64,000 bases of DNA from a virus, in IMG/VR virus record IMGVR_UViG_3300021197_001931, positions 32,001 through 96,000 of that record, one strand, 5' to 3'. The position numbers were made by a program, and so were the translations under genes. Below are positions 51,316 through 59,622 of this stretch, in pieces (position 1 is the stretch's first letter; each line of letters begins with the position of its first letter). The notes under the pieces are model-generated. The model did not search any database. It saw nothing but the letters and a program-made list of their open reading frames with translations, and had not been told where the DNA came from.

Positions 51316-51750
51316 ATGAAGAAACAAGAATTAAAAAAGCTTTTAAAGCCACTTATTAAAGAATGCATTAAAGAGGTAATCCTCGAAGAAGGTGTCCTCT
51401 CTAATGTTGTGTCTGAGGTCGTTCAAGGCCTTGGCGCACCAAGAATCGTAGAAGCTAAAGCGGCTCCGGTTCAGCAGCAGTCTTCTATCGAAGACATGCA
51501 AAGAGCGGCAGAACAAAAAAGAGCGCAATTAAGCGAACAGAAAAATAAACTTCTTTCTGCAATAAATACAGAGGCATATGGAGGAATAGATTTGTTTGAG
51601 GGGACAGAGCCCCTTTCGGGTGGAGGGAAGGTCTCATCTGGACCACAAGCGCAAGGGCCCTTATCAAATATTGACGCAAACGACCCTGGGGTGGACATAA
51701 GTGGAATTATGGGGATAGCAGGCGGAAGATGGGCCGCACATTTAAAATAA
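51316..51750 (+). CDS. probable internal/core head protein
   Basis: MKKQELKKLLKPLIKECIKEVILEE N-terminus with stacked I/L-x-E sites. Confidence 0.55.
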   Translation: MKKQELKKLLKPLIKECIKEVILEEGVLSNVVSEVVQGLGAPRIVEAKAAPVQQQSSIEDMQRAAEQKRAQLSEQKNKLLSAINTEAYGGIDLFEGTEPLSGGGKVSSGPQAQGPLSNIDANDPGVDISGIMGIAGGRWAAHLK

Positions 51751-51760
51751 CGGAAATAAA

Positions 51761-52021
51761 ATGACAATTAATGCAAAAGTAACACCAAAGAATAGACATG
51801 AATCTTCAGATAGAATGATTAGAAGATTTATCAAGAAAACAAAAAAGATTAAATTAATGGATGAGTTAAGAGAGCGAAGGTATTACGTAAAGCCCTCTGA
51901 AATAAAAAGGTCAGAAAAAAGAAGAAGAATTGCAGAAAATGCAAAACGAGTGCGTCAAGAAAAAGCTATTTTGCTTGAAGAGTCTAATTATAGTAATAAG
52001 CGTTCCAAAAACAGGAGATAA
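51761..52021 (+). CDS. rpsU: phage-encoded 30S ribosomal protein bS21
   Basis: ESSDRMIRRFIKK.KK..LMDELRERRYYVKPSEIKR matches the bS21 consensus E....lrRFk.......E.r.r.yyeKPs..r. Confidence 0.85.
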   Translation: MTINAKVTPKNRHESSDRMIRRFIKKTKKIKLMDELRERRYYVKPSEIKRSEKRRRIAENAKRVRQEKAILLEESNYSNKRSKNRR

Positions 52022-52023
52022 AA

Positions 52024-52497
52024 ATGGCAAATCCTTCAGACACTATGTCCGTACTGAAAAACTATAGAGTTGGTCTAAATAATGTTGGTTCTTATCAAGT
52101 AGCAGGAAAGCCCTACATTACAGGGTCAGATGCAGGACCAGTCGGTGGTGAAAGTTATTATGCATTTCCATCAGTAACAAACAACATAACAGTTACAAAC
52201 TATTCAGTGTTAGATACAGCACTTCCAAATCAGCGACAATGTGAGGAAATAAGGGTTCATTTTAATTCAACTGGCTCTAGTGCAGTGGTCGCTGGTCACC
52301 ACTATTATATATTATCCGGAACTGTTCAATCAATTGACTTAAACGTAAAGTGTAAAGAAATTTATATTTCGTCTCCTGATGCAGGCTCCCCAAGAAAATA
52401 TAGAATTGCAGCTAGCCTTACACAAATTCCTGTTGAGAGAATGTATGCGTTGACTGGATCTGGTTTAACAACTGATGTCCGTGGCCCGCATAGCTAA
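52024..52497 (+). CDS. small beta-rich virion protein (putative)
   Basis: SD AGGAG; TCTAATTA late-like motif upstream; three TGS motifs. Confidence 0.55.
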   Translation: MANPSDTMSVLKNYRVGLNNVGSYQVAGKPYITGSDAGPVGGESYYAFPSVTNNITVTNYSVLDTALPNQRQCEEIRVHFNSTGSSAVVAGHHYYILSGTVQSIDLNVKCKEIYISSPDAGSPRKYRIAASLTQIPVERMYALTGSGLTTDVRGPHS

Positions 52498-52511
52498 TTT
52501 AGGAGTAACTA

Positions 52512-54605
52512 ATGCCAGATTATGGATGGGCATATATAAACTTAGATGTTCTAAAAACTATTCAAGGGCCGTCTGAGGTAACTGGCACAATTGCCATTAT
52601 AATAGATGATACGACCTTTTCTGGTTCTCAGTTCCTGGCCTATGCAACGGCTTCTAATAAAGTTGGCATTGGTTTAGATTTCCCAACTGTTGTGCCAACT
52701 CACCAGTTACATGTTTCTGCTAGTGCTGGTGAAGAAGTCGCAGCTAACTTCACGGGCGACATCCTCGTTTCAGGGTCTGCTTTTATTTCTGGCACCCTAA
52801 GAGTAGAAAATATCCAAGCGAAAACTGTAATTTCTTCTAGCCATTTGCTGGTCAGGGATCCAGTTATAGGGCTTGGATTTGGTGATGGGTCTAATCAAAC
52901 TGGATCGGTTGGCGATCGAGGCATCATTTTTGGATTAGCAGGCAATTTAAACCAAGCGATTATTTGGGACCAAAGTTCTGGTAGTTTTATTGTGGGTAAA
53001 GTCGGTTCTCAGGGCCCAGACAGTGACTCATACACAATGGCTGACGCGGATTTGTCAACCTTTAAAGTCGGCGTATTAACAGCATCCGCAGGTCTTGTCA
53101 CAAACACGGTATCAGCATCTCACAATGTAAGTATTGTTGGAAATGTTGCTACAGAGGGCACGTTAAGCGTATCTGGATCAACAGTTTTGGGTCACGCTAG
53201 TTCAAATAACACAACCATAACTGGGCAAACTATAAATATACCCAATGTGGCAGCTGGAACTGATAATACTGTAGTTATCTACAATGGAAGTACACTTCTC
53301 ACTGACGAAATAGATTCAAAAGTTTGGGACGGTAACTTAATAGATGTTACAGGAACTCCGTCAGATAATCAAGTGGTAACTTTTGCAGACGCTGACACAG
53401 TACAGGGAGAATCAAATCTAACGTTTGATGGTTCTACTTTAACAGTTGGTAATGATATTTCGGTCGCTGGAAAATTAGTACATACGGGAGATACAGACAC
53501 CCATGTAAAATTTGATGCTGATAAGATAGAGCTTATTGCCGGAAATGAAACACTATTAACGTTAACAGAAGATTCTCAAGACATAGTAATCGTGGGCGAC
53601 GGCGGTGATGTAGACTTCCAAGTAAAAACAAGCGGAAACAACAATACCATTTTTGCACAAGGAAGCACAGATAGAGTTGGATTAGGCACAAGTTCACCAA
53701 ATGCAGTGCTAGAAATAAGCAGATCTGTTGGAATGGCCAAGCCAATGTTCCAAGTAGTCCATGGAGGCACACATAATAATATTTCTGATGGTAAGCCCCT
53801 TATTATCGTGACTGGTTCTACCCCCGATGGATTTACTGGGGTTGTTGGAATTAATACCGAGAACCCCAAGGGGGTCTTGCATGTGGCTGGTGCAGGAAAG
53901 ACGGCGTTGATAGCTAACGCTGAAGGGAAGGTCATAATAGGAAAAGATACCAGCACAATAGGGTCGACCTTTGAAGTGCAATCAGACCTAAATACCGATG
54001 CTATAGCTAAGTTTGTTAATACACAAAATGTAACTGGTGATGAGGGCCCATTTGTAATCTTCCATATTTCCGGTTCTTCTGATGGTGGAGGACACTTTGG
54101 AAGCCACCACTCTGGTAGTAACATGCACCTATCAGGGACCTCTTTCCTTACGGCTGTGACTGCTTCGGTAGGGTTTAGCGGGTCTATTGGTAACTTTGGA
54201 ACTCTCAACATTAATAGCGTTGCGATTACTCAGGGAACTGTCGACGGGACTACAATCGGCGGAACAACCCCAGGTGTGGTCAATCAGACTGCTGGAACTG
54301 TTAAATATCGTTCTAAAGACAATGGAGACAGCCCATATAGCGTTGTTGCAAGCGATTATATAATTGGCGTTGACACAAGTGGTGGCGCAGTGCAAATAAA
54401 CCTACAGGCCGCTAGTTCCGCTGGCACTGGAAGAATGTTAATAATTAAGGATATTAAAGGAACTGCTGGAGCAAACAACATCACAATCGAGCCGAACGGT
54501 TCTGAGTTTATTGACAGGCAGGCTAATTTAATTATAGCTGCTAACTCTGGATCTGTCATGCTATTCTGTGATGGATCTGAGTATTTTATTGCAGGAACAA
54601 GATAA
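52512..54605 (+). CDS. fibre protein (tail or head fibre)
   Basis: VGIG/VGLGTSSP/VGINTENP...LHV fibre repeats, GESNLTFDGSTL, and a C-terminal domain shared with 56687 and 57279. Confidence 0.75.
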   Translation: MPDYGWAYINLDVLKTIQGPSEVTGTIAIIIDDTTFSGSQFLAYATASNKVGIGLDFPTVVPTHQLHVSASAGEEVAANFTGDILVSGSAFISGTLRVENIQAKTVISSSHLLVRDPVIGLGFGDGSNQTGSVGDRGIIFGLAGNLNQAIIWDQSSGSFIVGKVGSQGPDSDSYTMADADLSTFKVGVLTASAGLVTNTVSASHNVSIVGNVATEGTLSVSGSTVLGHASSNNTTITGQTINIPNVAAGTDNTVVIYNGSTLLTDEIDSKVWDGNLIDVTGTPSDNQVVTFADADTVQGESNLTFDGSTLTVGNDISVAGKLVHTGDTDTHVKFDADKIELIAGNETLLTLTEDSQDIVIVGDGGDVDFQVKTSGNNNTIFAQGSTDRVGLGTSSPNAVLEISRSVGMAKPMFQVVHGGTHNNISDGKPLIIVTGSTPDGFTGVVGINTENPKGVLHVAGAGKTALIANAEGKVIIGKDTSTIGSTFEVQSDLNTDAIAKFVNTQNVTGDEGPFVIFHISGSSDGGGHFGSHHSGSNMHLSGTSFLTAVTASVGFSGSIGNFGTLNINSVAITQGTVDGTTIGGTTPGVVNQTAGTVKYRSKDNGDSPYSVVASDYIIGVDTSGGAVQINLQAASSAGTGRMLIIKDIKGTAGANNITIEPNGSEFIDRQANLIIAANSGSVMLFCDGSEYFIAGTR

Positions 54606-55456
54606 TGACAATACTGACTGGCTCATTGACCAGTCTGACGCTAAGCGGCAGTAGTCTGGTACAAAGAAAAAATACTGGTGCTGAGGTCCTCATGGATCTT
54701 GATTTTACCAAACTTCCAAATCAAAGTTTGACTGATGATGCAACTAATAGTATTGGAGGATTTCCATTTTATATAGATAAAGTAAGTTCGCCTGAATGGG
54801 TGAATATTGTCAATGGTACCGGATTAGCTTTCCGTGGAACACAAAATAAGCTTTTAAGAGTTTTTTTAGATCTAACTGGAACGTTTCCACAAATAGACAC
54901 AACAGATAGAATAAGAGTGGTAGCTCAATATTTTGTTACTACATTTGGTGGCGTTGGTGGCCCGGGGAATACGATATACGCTGGGCTTTCTAATGGGTAT
55001 GTCGCTGCTGACGAGGGGACACAAACATACGATTCTTATGTGTTTTCTTATGCTGAGCGAAACAACTCTGTTGTATCGGATAAATTTATTTTCGGTGCAA
55101 TACACTCAATGGGAGGCGGTACTGCTGTGAATACTCACAACGTAGTAAGCCCAGCTAGCGCAGCGCCTACTATAGTAAGATTAGAATTAGACGGAGTTCA
55201 AGATAATTGGTATACAGCCGGTGATTTTAATATATCTTCTTCTAATGGTTTGACAGATTTCCCAACCCCCGGTGGTATAACTTATAGAACTAGACAACGA
55301 ATGCAGACTAACACAAGTATGCCAAGGCTAACAAACGATTATGTGGCCCCATTTACAGGCAGCTTCCACGTATGGCTGCAATTCTCTCCTAATATTTCAG
55401 AGATGTCAGCTTCGATACAGAGGCTAAGCATATTTAGATATGGAGTGGACCAATGA
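54605..55456 (+). CDS. putative adhesin/receptor-binding domain protein, copy 1
   Basis: Beta-rich; N- and C-termini clearly homologous to 55634. Confidence 0.55.
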   Translation: MTILTGSLTSLTLSGSSLVQRKNTGAEVLMDLDFTKLPNQSLTDDATNSIGGFPFYIDKVSSPEWVNIVNGTGLAFRGTQNKLLRVFLDLTGTFPQIDTTDRIRVVAQYFVTTFGGVGGPGNTIYAGLSNGYVAADEGTQTYDSYVFSYAERNNSVVSDKFIFGAIHSMGGGTAVNTHNVVSPASAAPTIVRLELDGVQDNWYTAGDFNISSSNGLTDFPTPGGITYRTRQRMQTNTSMPRLTNDYVAPFTGSFHVWLQFSPNISEMSASIQRLSIFRYGVDQ

Positions 55457-55632
55457 AAACAGCCAACATAAGAATACAAAAGATTTGTGAATCTTTAAAT
55501 TCTGCTTTATCTGATGCGGCGTTTTTTCAAATTATAATTTCGTTGCAAGAATTTGACAATATTACCACCGATAACGCACGTATTGCTTTAGTTGATCAGA
55601 TTATTGCTGCCGTAAACGAGGCAAGAGGATAA
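55453..55632 (+). CDS. 59-aa helical protein, paralogue of 56500 (not in ORF track)
   Basis: ATGA overlap and SD GGAG. MKTANIRIQKICESLNSALSDAAFFQIIISLQEFDNITTDNARIALVDQIIAAVNEARG aligns with ITLEELDNIATDEQKLALWQQISDAITAARG. Confidence 0.8.
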   Translation: MKTANIRIQKICESLNSALSDAAFFQIIISLQEFDNITTDNARIALVDQIIAAVNEARG

Positions 55633-55633
55633 A

Positions 55634-56500
55634 ATGAGTTTTTCAATTACGGGCAGTAGTTTGGTATTAGGAGATGATAAAGGTGCTTCTGAGGTTGTAT
55701 TTGATTTAAATTTTAGAGAAATGGTGAACCAATCTTTATCTGCTGGTGTTAATACCCTAAGCGATGGAACAAAAATATTTGTAACCCTAGTTGATAGTCC
55801 CCCTTGGGCATCTATTGTTAATGGACAGGGCCTAAGCGCTCGATGTCTCACAAATGACCAAGTAATAGTTTCGTTGGATTTAACTGGAGCCATAAACGCT
55901 GGGAAAACCGCCACTGACCCTGGTCGGTTTAACCCAAGAGATAGATTAAGAATGATAGCAGAAATTAGTGGTACCACGATTTCTGGTGCTGGGGCCAACG
56001 GAGATGGTTTTTACTCAACAATTGGAAATGGGATAACAACAGAAGTAGGAACTGGAGATTTTTCTGGAACGCCTATTTCCACCGAGGGGGTGTTTGCAGC
56101 CATTCACGTAGATTCAAACAATGGTAATAAACTAACACCTAGAATTTGGTCTAGAATAGGCGGCACATATGCCGAAAAGGACTATACTGGAGTTGACGAG
56201 AGGGTCGTCACACCCGGAGTTACGCATGTGGTGTTAGAAACAGATATTTTTGAAGGATCTTGTTGGACAAGATATAAGACTGGCTCAACCTCACTAGACC
56301 CACATGTTGGCGGATTACCAGTCCCTACAGAGCTAACAACTTATGGTAGAGCAAGACTTCTCGCTAGTGGCGGAGTAGTTGTGGACAATAGCCCTTTTAC
56401 CGGATCTGTTATAGGAAATCTTACCTTTTGGGCACCGGTTACCGAGGTATCTGCTTCCTTAACAAGATTGACATTACTAAGATATGGAAATATTAAATAA
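55634..56500 (+). CDS. putative adhesin/receptor-binding domain protein, copy 2
   Basis: Paralogue of 54605: GSSLV, D.F....NQSL, SP.W..IVNG.GL, PFTGS, SAS..RL...RYG. Confidence 0.55.
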   Translation: MSFSITGSSLVLGDDKGASEVVFDLNFREMVNQSLSAGVNTLSDGTKIFVTLVDSPPWASIVNGQGLSARCLTNDQVIVSLDLTGAINAGKTATDPGRFNPRDRLRMIAEISGTTISGAGANGDGFYSTIGNGITTEVGTGDFSGTPISTEGVFAAIHVDSNNGNKLTPRIWSRIGGTYAEKDYTGVDERVVTPGVTHVVLETDIFEGSCWTRYKTGSTSLDPHVGGLPVPTELTTYGRARLLASGGVVVDNSPFTGSVIGNLTFWAPVTEVSASLTRLTLLRYGNIK

Positions 56501-56682
56501 TGAATATTATAGATACAAGTATTGTAAATAAATATACAAGCATGGCTGGACTCCCTACAGAGACCGTAGAGCAAGAAATCAATATTACTCTTGAAGAATT
56601 AGACAATATCGCCACTGATGAACAGAAACTTGCCTTATGGCAACAAATTTCTGATGCAATTACTGCTGCACGCGGTAGTTAG
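56500..56682 (+). CDS. 60-aa helical protein, paralogue of 55453
   Basis: TAATG coupling to 55634 and a shared C-terminal half. Confidence 0.75.
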   Translation: MNIIDTSIVNKYTSMAGLPTETVEQEINITLEELDNIATDEQKLALWQQISDAITAARGS

Positions 56683-56686
56683 TATT

Positions 56687-57166
56687 ATGGGACGTGGAAG
56701 TAGAAGCAGATTTAAATACTACATGCCAGAAATACCTGTTGAGCAATTTGATATTTATGGTATCACCATGCCCGCTGCTGGGCCCTTTGCTGAAAAGTTT
56801 GAGTATATTCCCCCAACTGTTGATGACAATCTGCTAACAGAAGCAGAATTTGAAGATAAATTTAAAGTTGATGAAGCTTCAAAGCTTCAATCATATTCAG
56901 CTGATATAACTTTGGTTCCAACAGAACACTTTGTAGGCGTGGACACCAATGCTTCAGCTATTACGATTACGCTACCAACAGCAGCAAGTATCAGCTCAGG
57001 AAAACAGTTAGTTATAAAGGACGAAGGCGGTTCTGCTGGTACAAATAGTATTACTATTACCACATATGATGGATCCTTAATAGATGGAGAAACATCAGTA
57101 AAACTAGAATCTGATTATGCTGCCATAAACATTTACTATAACGGTAGTGGTTGGCACATCTATTAA
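56687..57166 (+). CDS. short fibre-family protein carrying the shared C-terminal domain
   Basis: ATG 56687 preferred (56618 would overlap the upstream gene by 65 nt); GVDT...ITITLP...GKQLVIKDEGG.A..N.ITI...IDG motif. Confidence 0.7.
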   Translation: MGRGSRSRFKYYMPEIPVEQFDIYGITMPAAGPFAEKFEYIPPTVDDNLLTEAEFEDKFKVDEASKLQSYSADITLVPTEHFVGVDTNASAITITLPTAASISSGKQLVIKDEGGSAGTNSITITTYDGSLIDGETSVKLESDYAAINIYYNGSGWHIY

Positions 57167-57226
57167 CATAAATTTAACAAAAATATTTAAATAGATTCTC
57201 TAAAACCGCGTCTATATACCATTGCC

Positions 57227-57255
57227 AGGTCTAGGGGAAACCTTAGACCTTTTTT
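57227..57255 (+). terminator. GAAA-tetraloop hairpin plus U-tract (terminator or 5' leader hairpin)
   Basis: AGGTCTAGGG-GAAA-CCTTAGACCT followed by TTTTT. Confidence 0.6.
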
Positions 57256-57278
57256 GAACTCATAGGAGGGTTTTTTTA

Positions 57279-59489
57279 ATGGCTTATAAAACAATTATCG
57301 GTACTCTTAAGACTGCCGGTACTCTTGATGTCTCCGCTGGTGACATTGATCTCGCAGCAGGTTCTGTCGACAACGCAGACCTCGCTGGCTCTATTGCTAA
57401 CTCCAAGCTAGCAAATTCCGCCGTCACAGTTACTGCTGGTGACGGACTCTCAGGTGGTGGTTCCGTTTCTCTCGGTTCTTCCGTCTCAGTTGCTGTTGAC
57501 CTTAACGAACTAACTGCTGCTACGGTTGACGTTGCCAATGACAGTCTTGCCCTAATTGATGCCACTGATAATGGCTCCAAGAAAGAGAGCATTGCTGATC
57601 TTATGACTGCCGTCGCTGGTGATGGCCTCAAAGCCGCCTCTGGTGTGCTAGCCATGGATCTTAATGAACTAAGTGCCGCTGCAGTCGCAGTTAGTGCTGA
57701 CAGCATCGCCATTATCGATGCCACTGACAACAGCTCTAAAAAAGAGAGCATCGCTGATCTCGTCACCGCCATGGCTGGTGATGGTCTCGCTGCTTCTTCT
57801 GGCGTCCTCGCCGTTGGCGTTGACGACAGCACTGTTGAGCTAAACTCCGATGCTCTTCGTGTTAAGGCTGCTGGTATTAACGTGTCTCACCTCAACTCCG
57901 CAGTTGCCGGTAACGGACTTTCTGGTGGAGCTGGTTCTGCTCTTGCTGTTGCGGTAAGTGGCGCTGTTCACGTTACCTCCGATAAGGTTGCACTTAGTGG
58001 CGCTATTGCTGGTGCGGGCCTCAAATGGCTTGGCGATGTTGATATCATCACCGGACTTGAGCTTGACCTCTCTGAGTATAGCCGCGTCGATGTTGCCGCT
58101 GGTGACCACTTCCTCATGCTTGACTCAGACGGCTCCAGCGTTCAGCTAGAGCGTTTTGACAAGCTTGCCAACGCCATGGCTGGTGACGGTCTGGAAGATT
58201 CTAGTGGCGTCCTTGCTGTCAAGGTTGACGACACTGGTATTGAAATTGACTCTGATACTGTACGTCTCAAGGACAACGGTGTCACCCTAGCCAAGATGGC
58301 TGGTCTCGCACGAGGCAAGTTCATCTATGGTGACGCTTCTGGTGACCCCGCAGCCCTATCTGTTGGTTCTGCTCACCAGTTCCTCCAAGCTGACGGCACC
58401 GACCTCGCTTGGGTCTCAATGAGTGGTGACGTCACCCTTGCCGCTGGTGTTGCCTCAATCGGTGCCACCAAGGTTACTGACGCAATGATGAACGACGACG
58501 TTGCTACCGGTCTTGCTGGCAATGGTCTTTCCGCTGCCTCTGGTGTCCTCGCCCTCGACCTCAATGAGCTAAGTGCTGCTGCGGTTGATCGTGCGAACGA
58601 CTCCATCGTTATCATTGATGCAACTGACAACAGCTCCAAGAAGGAGAGCATTGCCGACCTCGCCTCAGCTTTCGCTGATGGTGACGGCATTGAAGCTGCC
58701 GATGGTAAGCTTAGCGTCAAGGTCGACGATAGCTCTGTTGAAATCAACTCTGACGCTCTTCGCGTCAAGGCTTCTGGTATCACCAACGCAATGCTCGCTG
58801 GTTCCATCGCGAACGCCAAGCTTTCCAACAGTGCCGTCACTGTTGGTAGCACGAGCCTTTCACTCGGTGGTAGCGCAACTGCTTTCTCCGGTCTAACCGG
58901 TCTTGATTTCACCGCTGCTGACGCCAGTATTGCTGCTAGTCTCGGTGCAAACACCCTAACCATCGGTGGTGGTTCTTCACACGTCAAAATTGCCGGTGAC
59001 CTTCAGGTCGTTGGTACACTTGAGACTGTTAGTGCCACAGATCTTAGGGTTGAGGACCTAACCATTGAGGTTGCCAGAGGTGCTGCCAACTCTTCAGCTG
59101 CCGATGGCGCCGGTCTAAAGATTGATGGCGCTGACAAGTCCTTGACTTGGAGCGACAGCGACTCAGCGTTCAAGTTTGATGCTGACCTCTATGCAGCTGC
59201 TGGCCTAACTGGTCGCCTACACGCTATCAGCTCTGACGCTACCCTAACCCAAGGACACTTCTTGGTCAAGGTCTCCACCTCTGGTGGTGCCGTCGCAGTG
59301 ACGCTGCCCAGCAGCATGCCTACTGGTAAGGTCTTCGTGATCAAGGACGACGGTTCTGCCGCATCCAACGCGATTACGATTAATACCGCCGGATCAGAGA
59401 CCATTGATGGTGCCGCAAGCATCCAGATCATCTCTGCCTACGGTGCTGCTAACCTTATGTTTGATGGCAGCAACTACCTAGTCTGGTAA
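57279..59489 (+). CDS. Ala/Gly/Ser/Asp-rich repetitive fibre protein, probably high copy number
   Basis: SD TAGGAGGG; internal repeats; shared C-terminal domain; codon bias like the capsid gene. Confidence 0.75.
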   Translation: MAYKTIIGTLKTAGTLDVSAGDIDLAAGSVDNADLAGSIANSKLANSAVTVTAGDGLSGGGSVSLGSSVSVAVDLNELTAATVDVANDSLALIDATDNGSKKESIADLMTAVAGDGLKAASGVLAMDLNELSAAAVAVSADSIAIIDATDNSSKKESIADLVTAMAGDGLAASSGVLAVGVDDSTVELNSDALRVKAAGINVSHLNSAVAGNGLSGGAGSALAVAVSGAVHVTSDKVALSGAIAGAGLKWLGDVDIITGLELDLSEYSRVDVAAGDHFLMLDSDGSSVQLERFDKLANAMAGDGLEDSSGVLAVKVDDTGIEIDSDTVRLKDNGVTLAKMAGLARGKFIYGDASGDPAALSVGSAHQFLQADGTDLAWVSMSGDVTLAAGVASIGATKVTDAMMNDDVATGLAGNGLSAASGVLALDLNELSAAAVDRANDSIVIIDATDNSSKKESIADLASAFADGDGIEAADGKLSVKVDDSSVEINSDALRVKASGITNAMLAGSIANAKLSNSAVTVGSTSLSLGGSATAFSGLTGLDFTAADASIAASLGANTLTIGGGSSHVKIAGDLQVVGTLETVSATDLRVEDLTIEVARGAANSSAADGAGLKIDGADKSLTWSDSDSAFKFDADLYAAAGLTGRLHAISSDATLTQGHFLVKVSTSGGAVAVTLPSSMPTGKVFVIKDDGSAASNAITINTAGSETIDGAASIQIISAYGAANLMFDGSNYLVW
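57498..58780 (+). repeat. internal 53-aa repeats (DLNEL.AA.V....DS...IDATDN.SKKESIADL....AGDGL) and VDDS..E.NSDALRVK repeats
   Basis: Copies begin at 57498, 57657 (159-nt period) and 58557, with a degenerate copy near 58065. Confidence 0.85.
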
Positions 59490-59509
59490 ATTAAGCTATC
59501 ACTTAGCTT

Positions 59510-59544
59510 GGAGGGGCGTCCATTTGGGCGCCCTTCTTTTTTTT
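59510..59544 (+). terminator. rho-independent terminator after the fibre gene
   Basis: GAGGGGCGTCC-ATTT-GGGCGCCCTTC followed by T8. Confidence 0.88.
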
Positions 59545-59563
59545 GACTTTAAAGGCCTAAAGC

Positions 59564-59571
59564 ACTATTTA
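59564..59571 (+). promoter_or_regulatory. putative late promoter ACTATTTA (scaffold/capsid operon)
   Basis: Directly after a terminator; the motif recurs in most larger intergenic gaps. Confidence 0.65.
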
Positions 59572-59622
59572 CCTTTGATACAAATACATTTTGTTCACTA
59601 TTGATTCATTAGGAGATTATAA

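Noticed and set aside
56618-56686. Upstream start for the 182-aa ORF
   Set aside because: It would overlap the 60-aa gene by 65 nt; ATG 56687 follows that gene's stop by 4 nt.
59543-59571. TTGACT-N17-TATTTA as a sigma70 promoter
   Set aside because: The -10 lacks the conserved final T, and the TTG comes from the terminator U-tract. The late motif explains the site.
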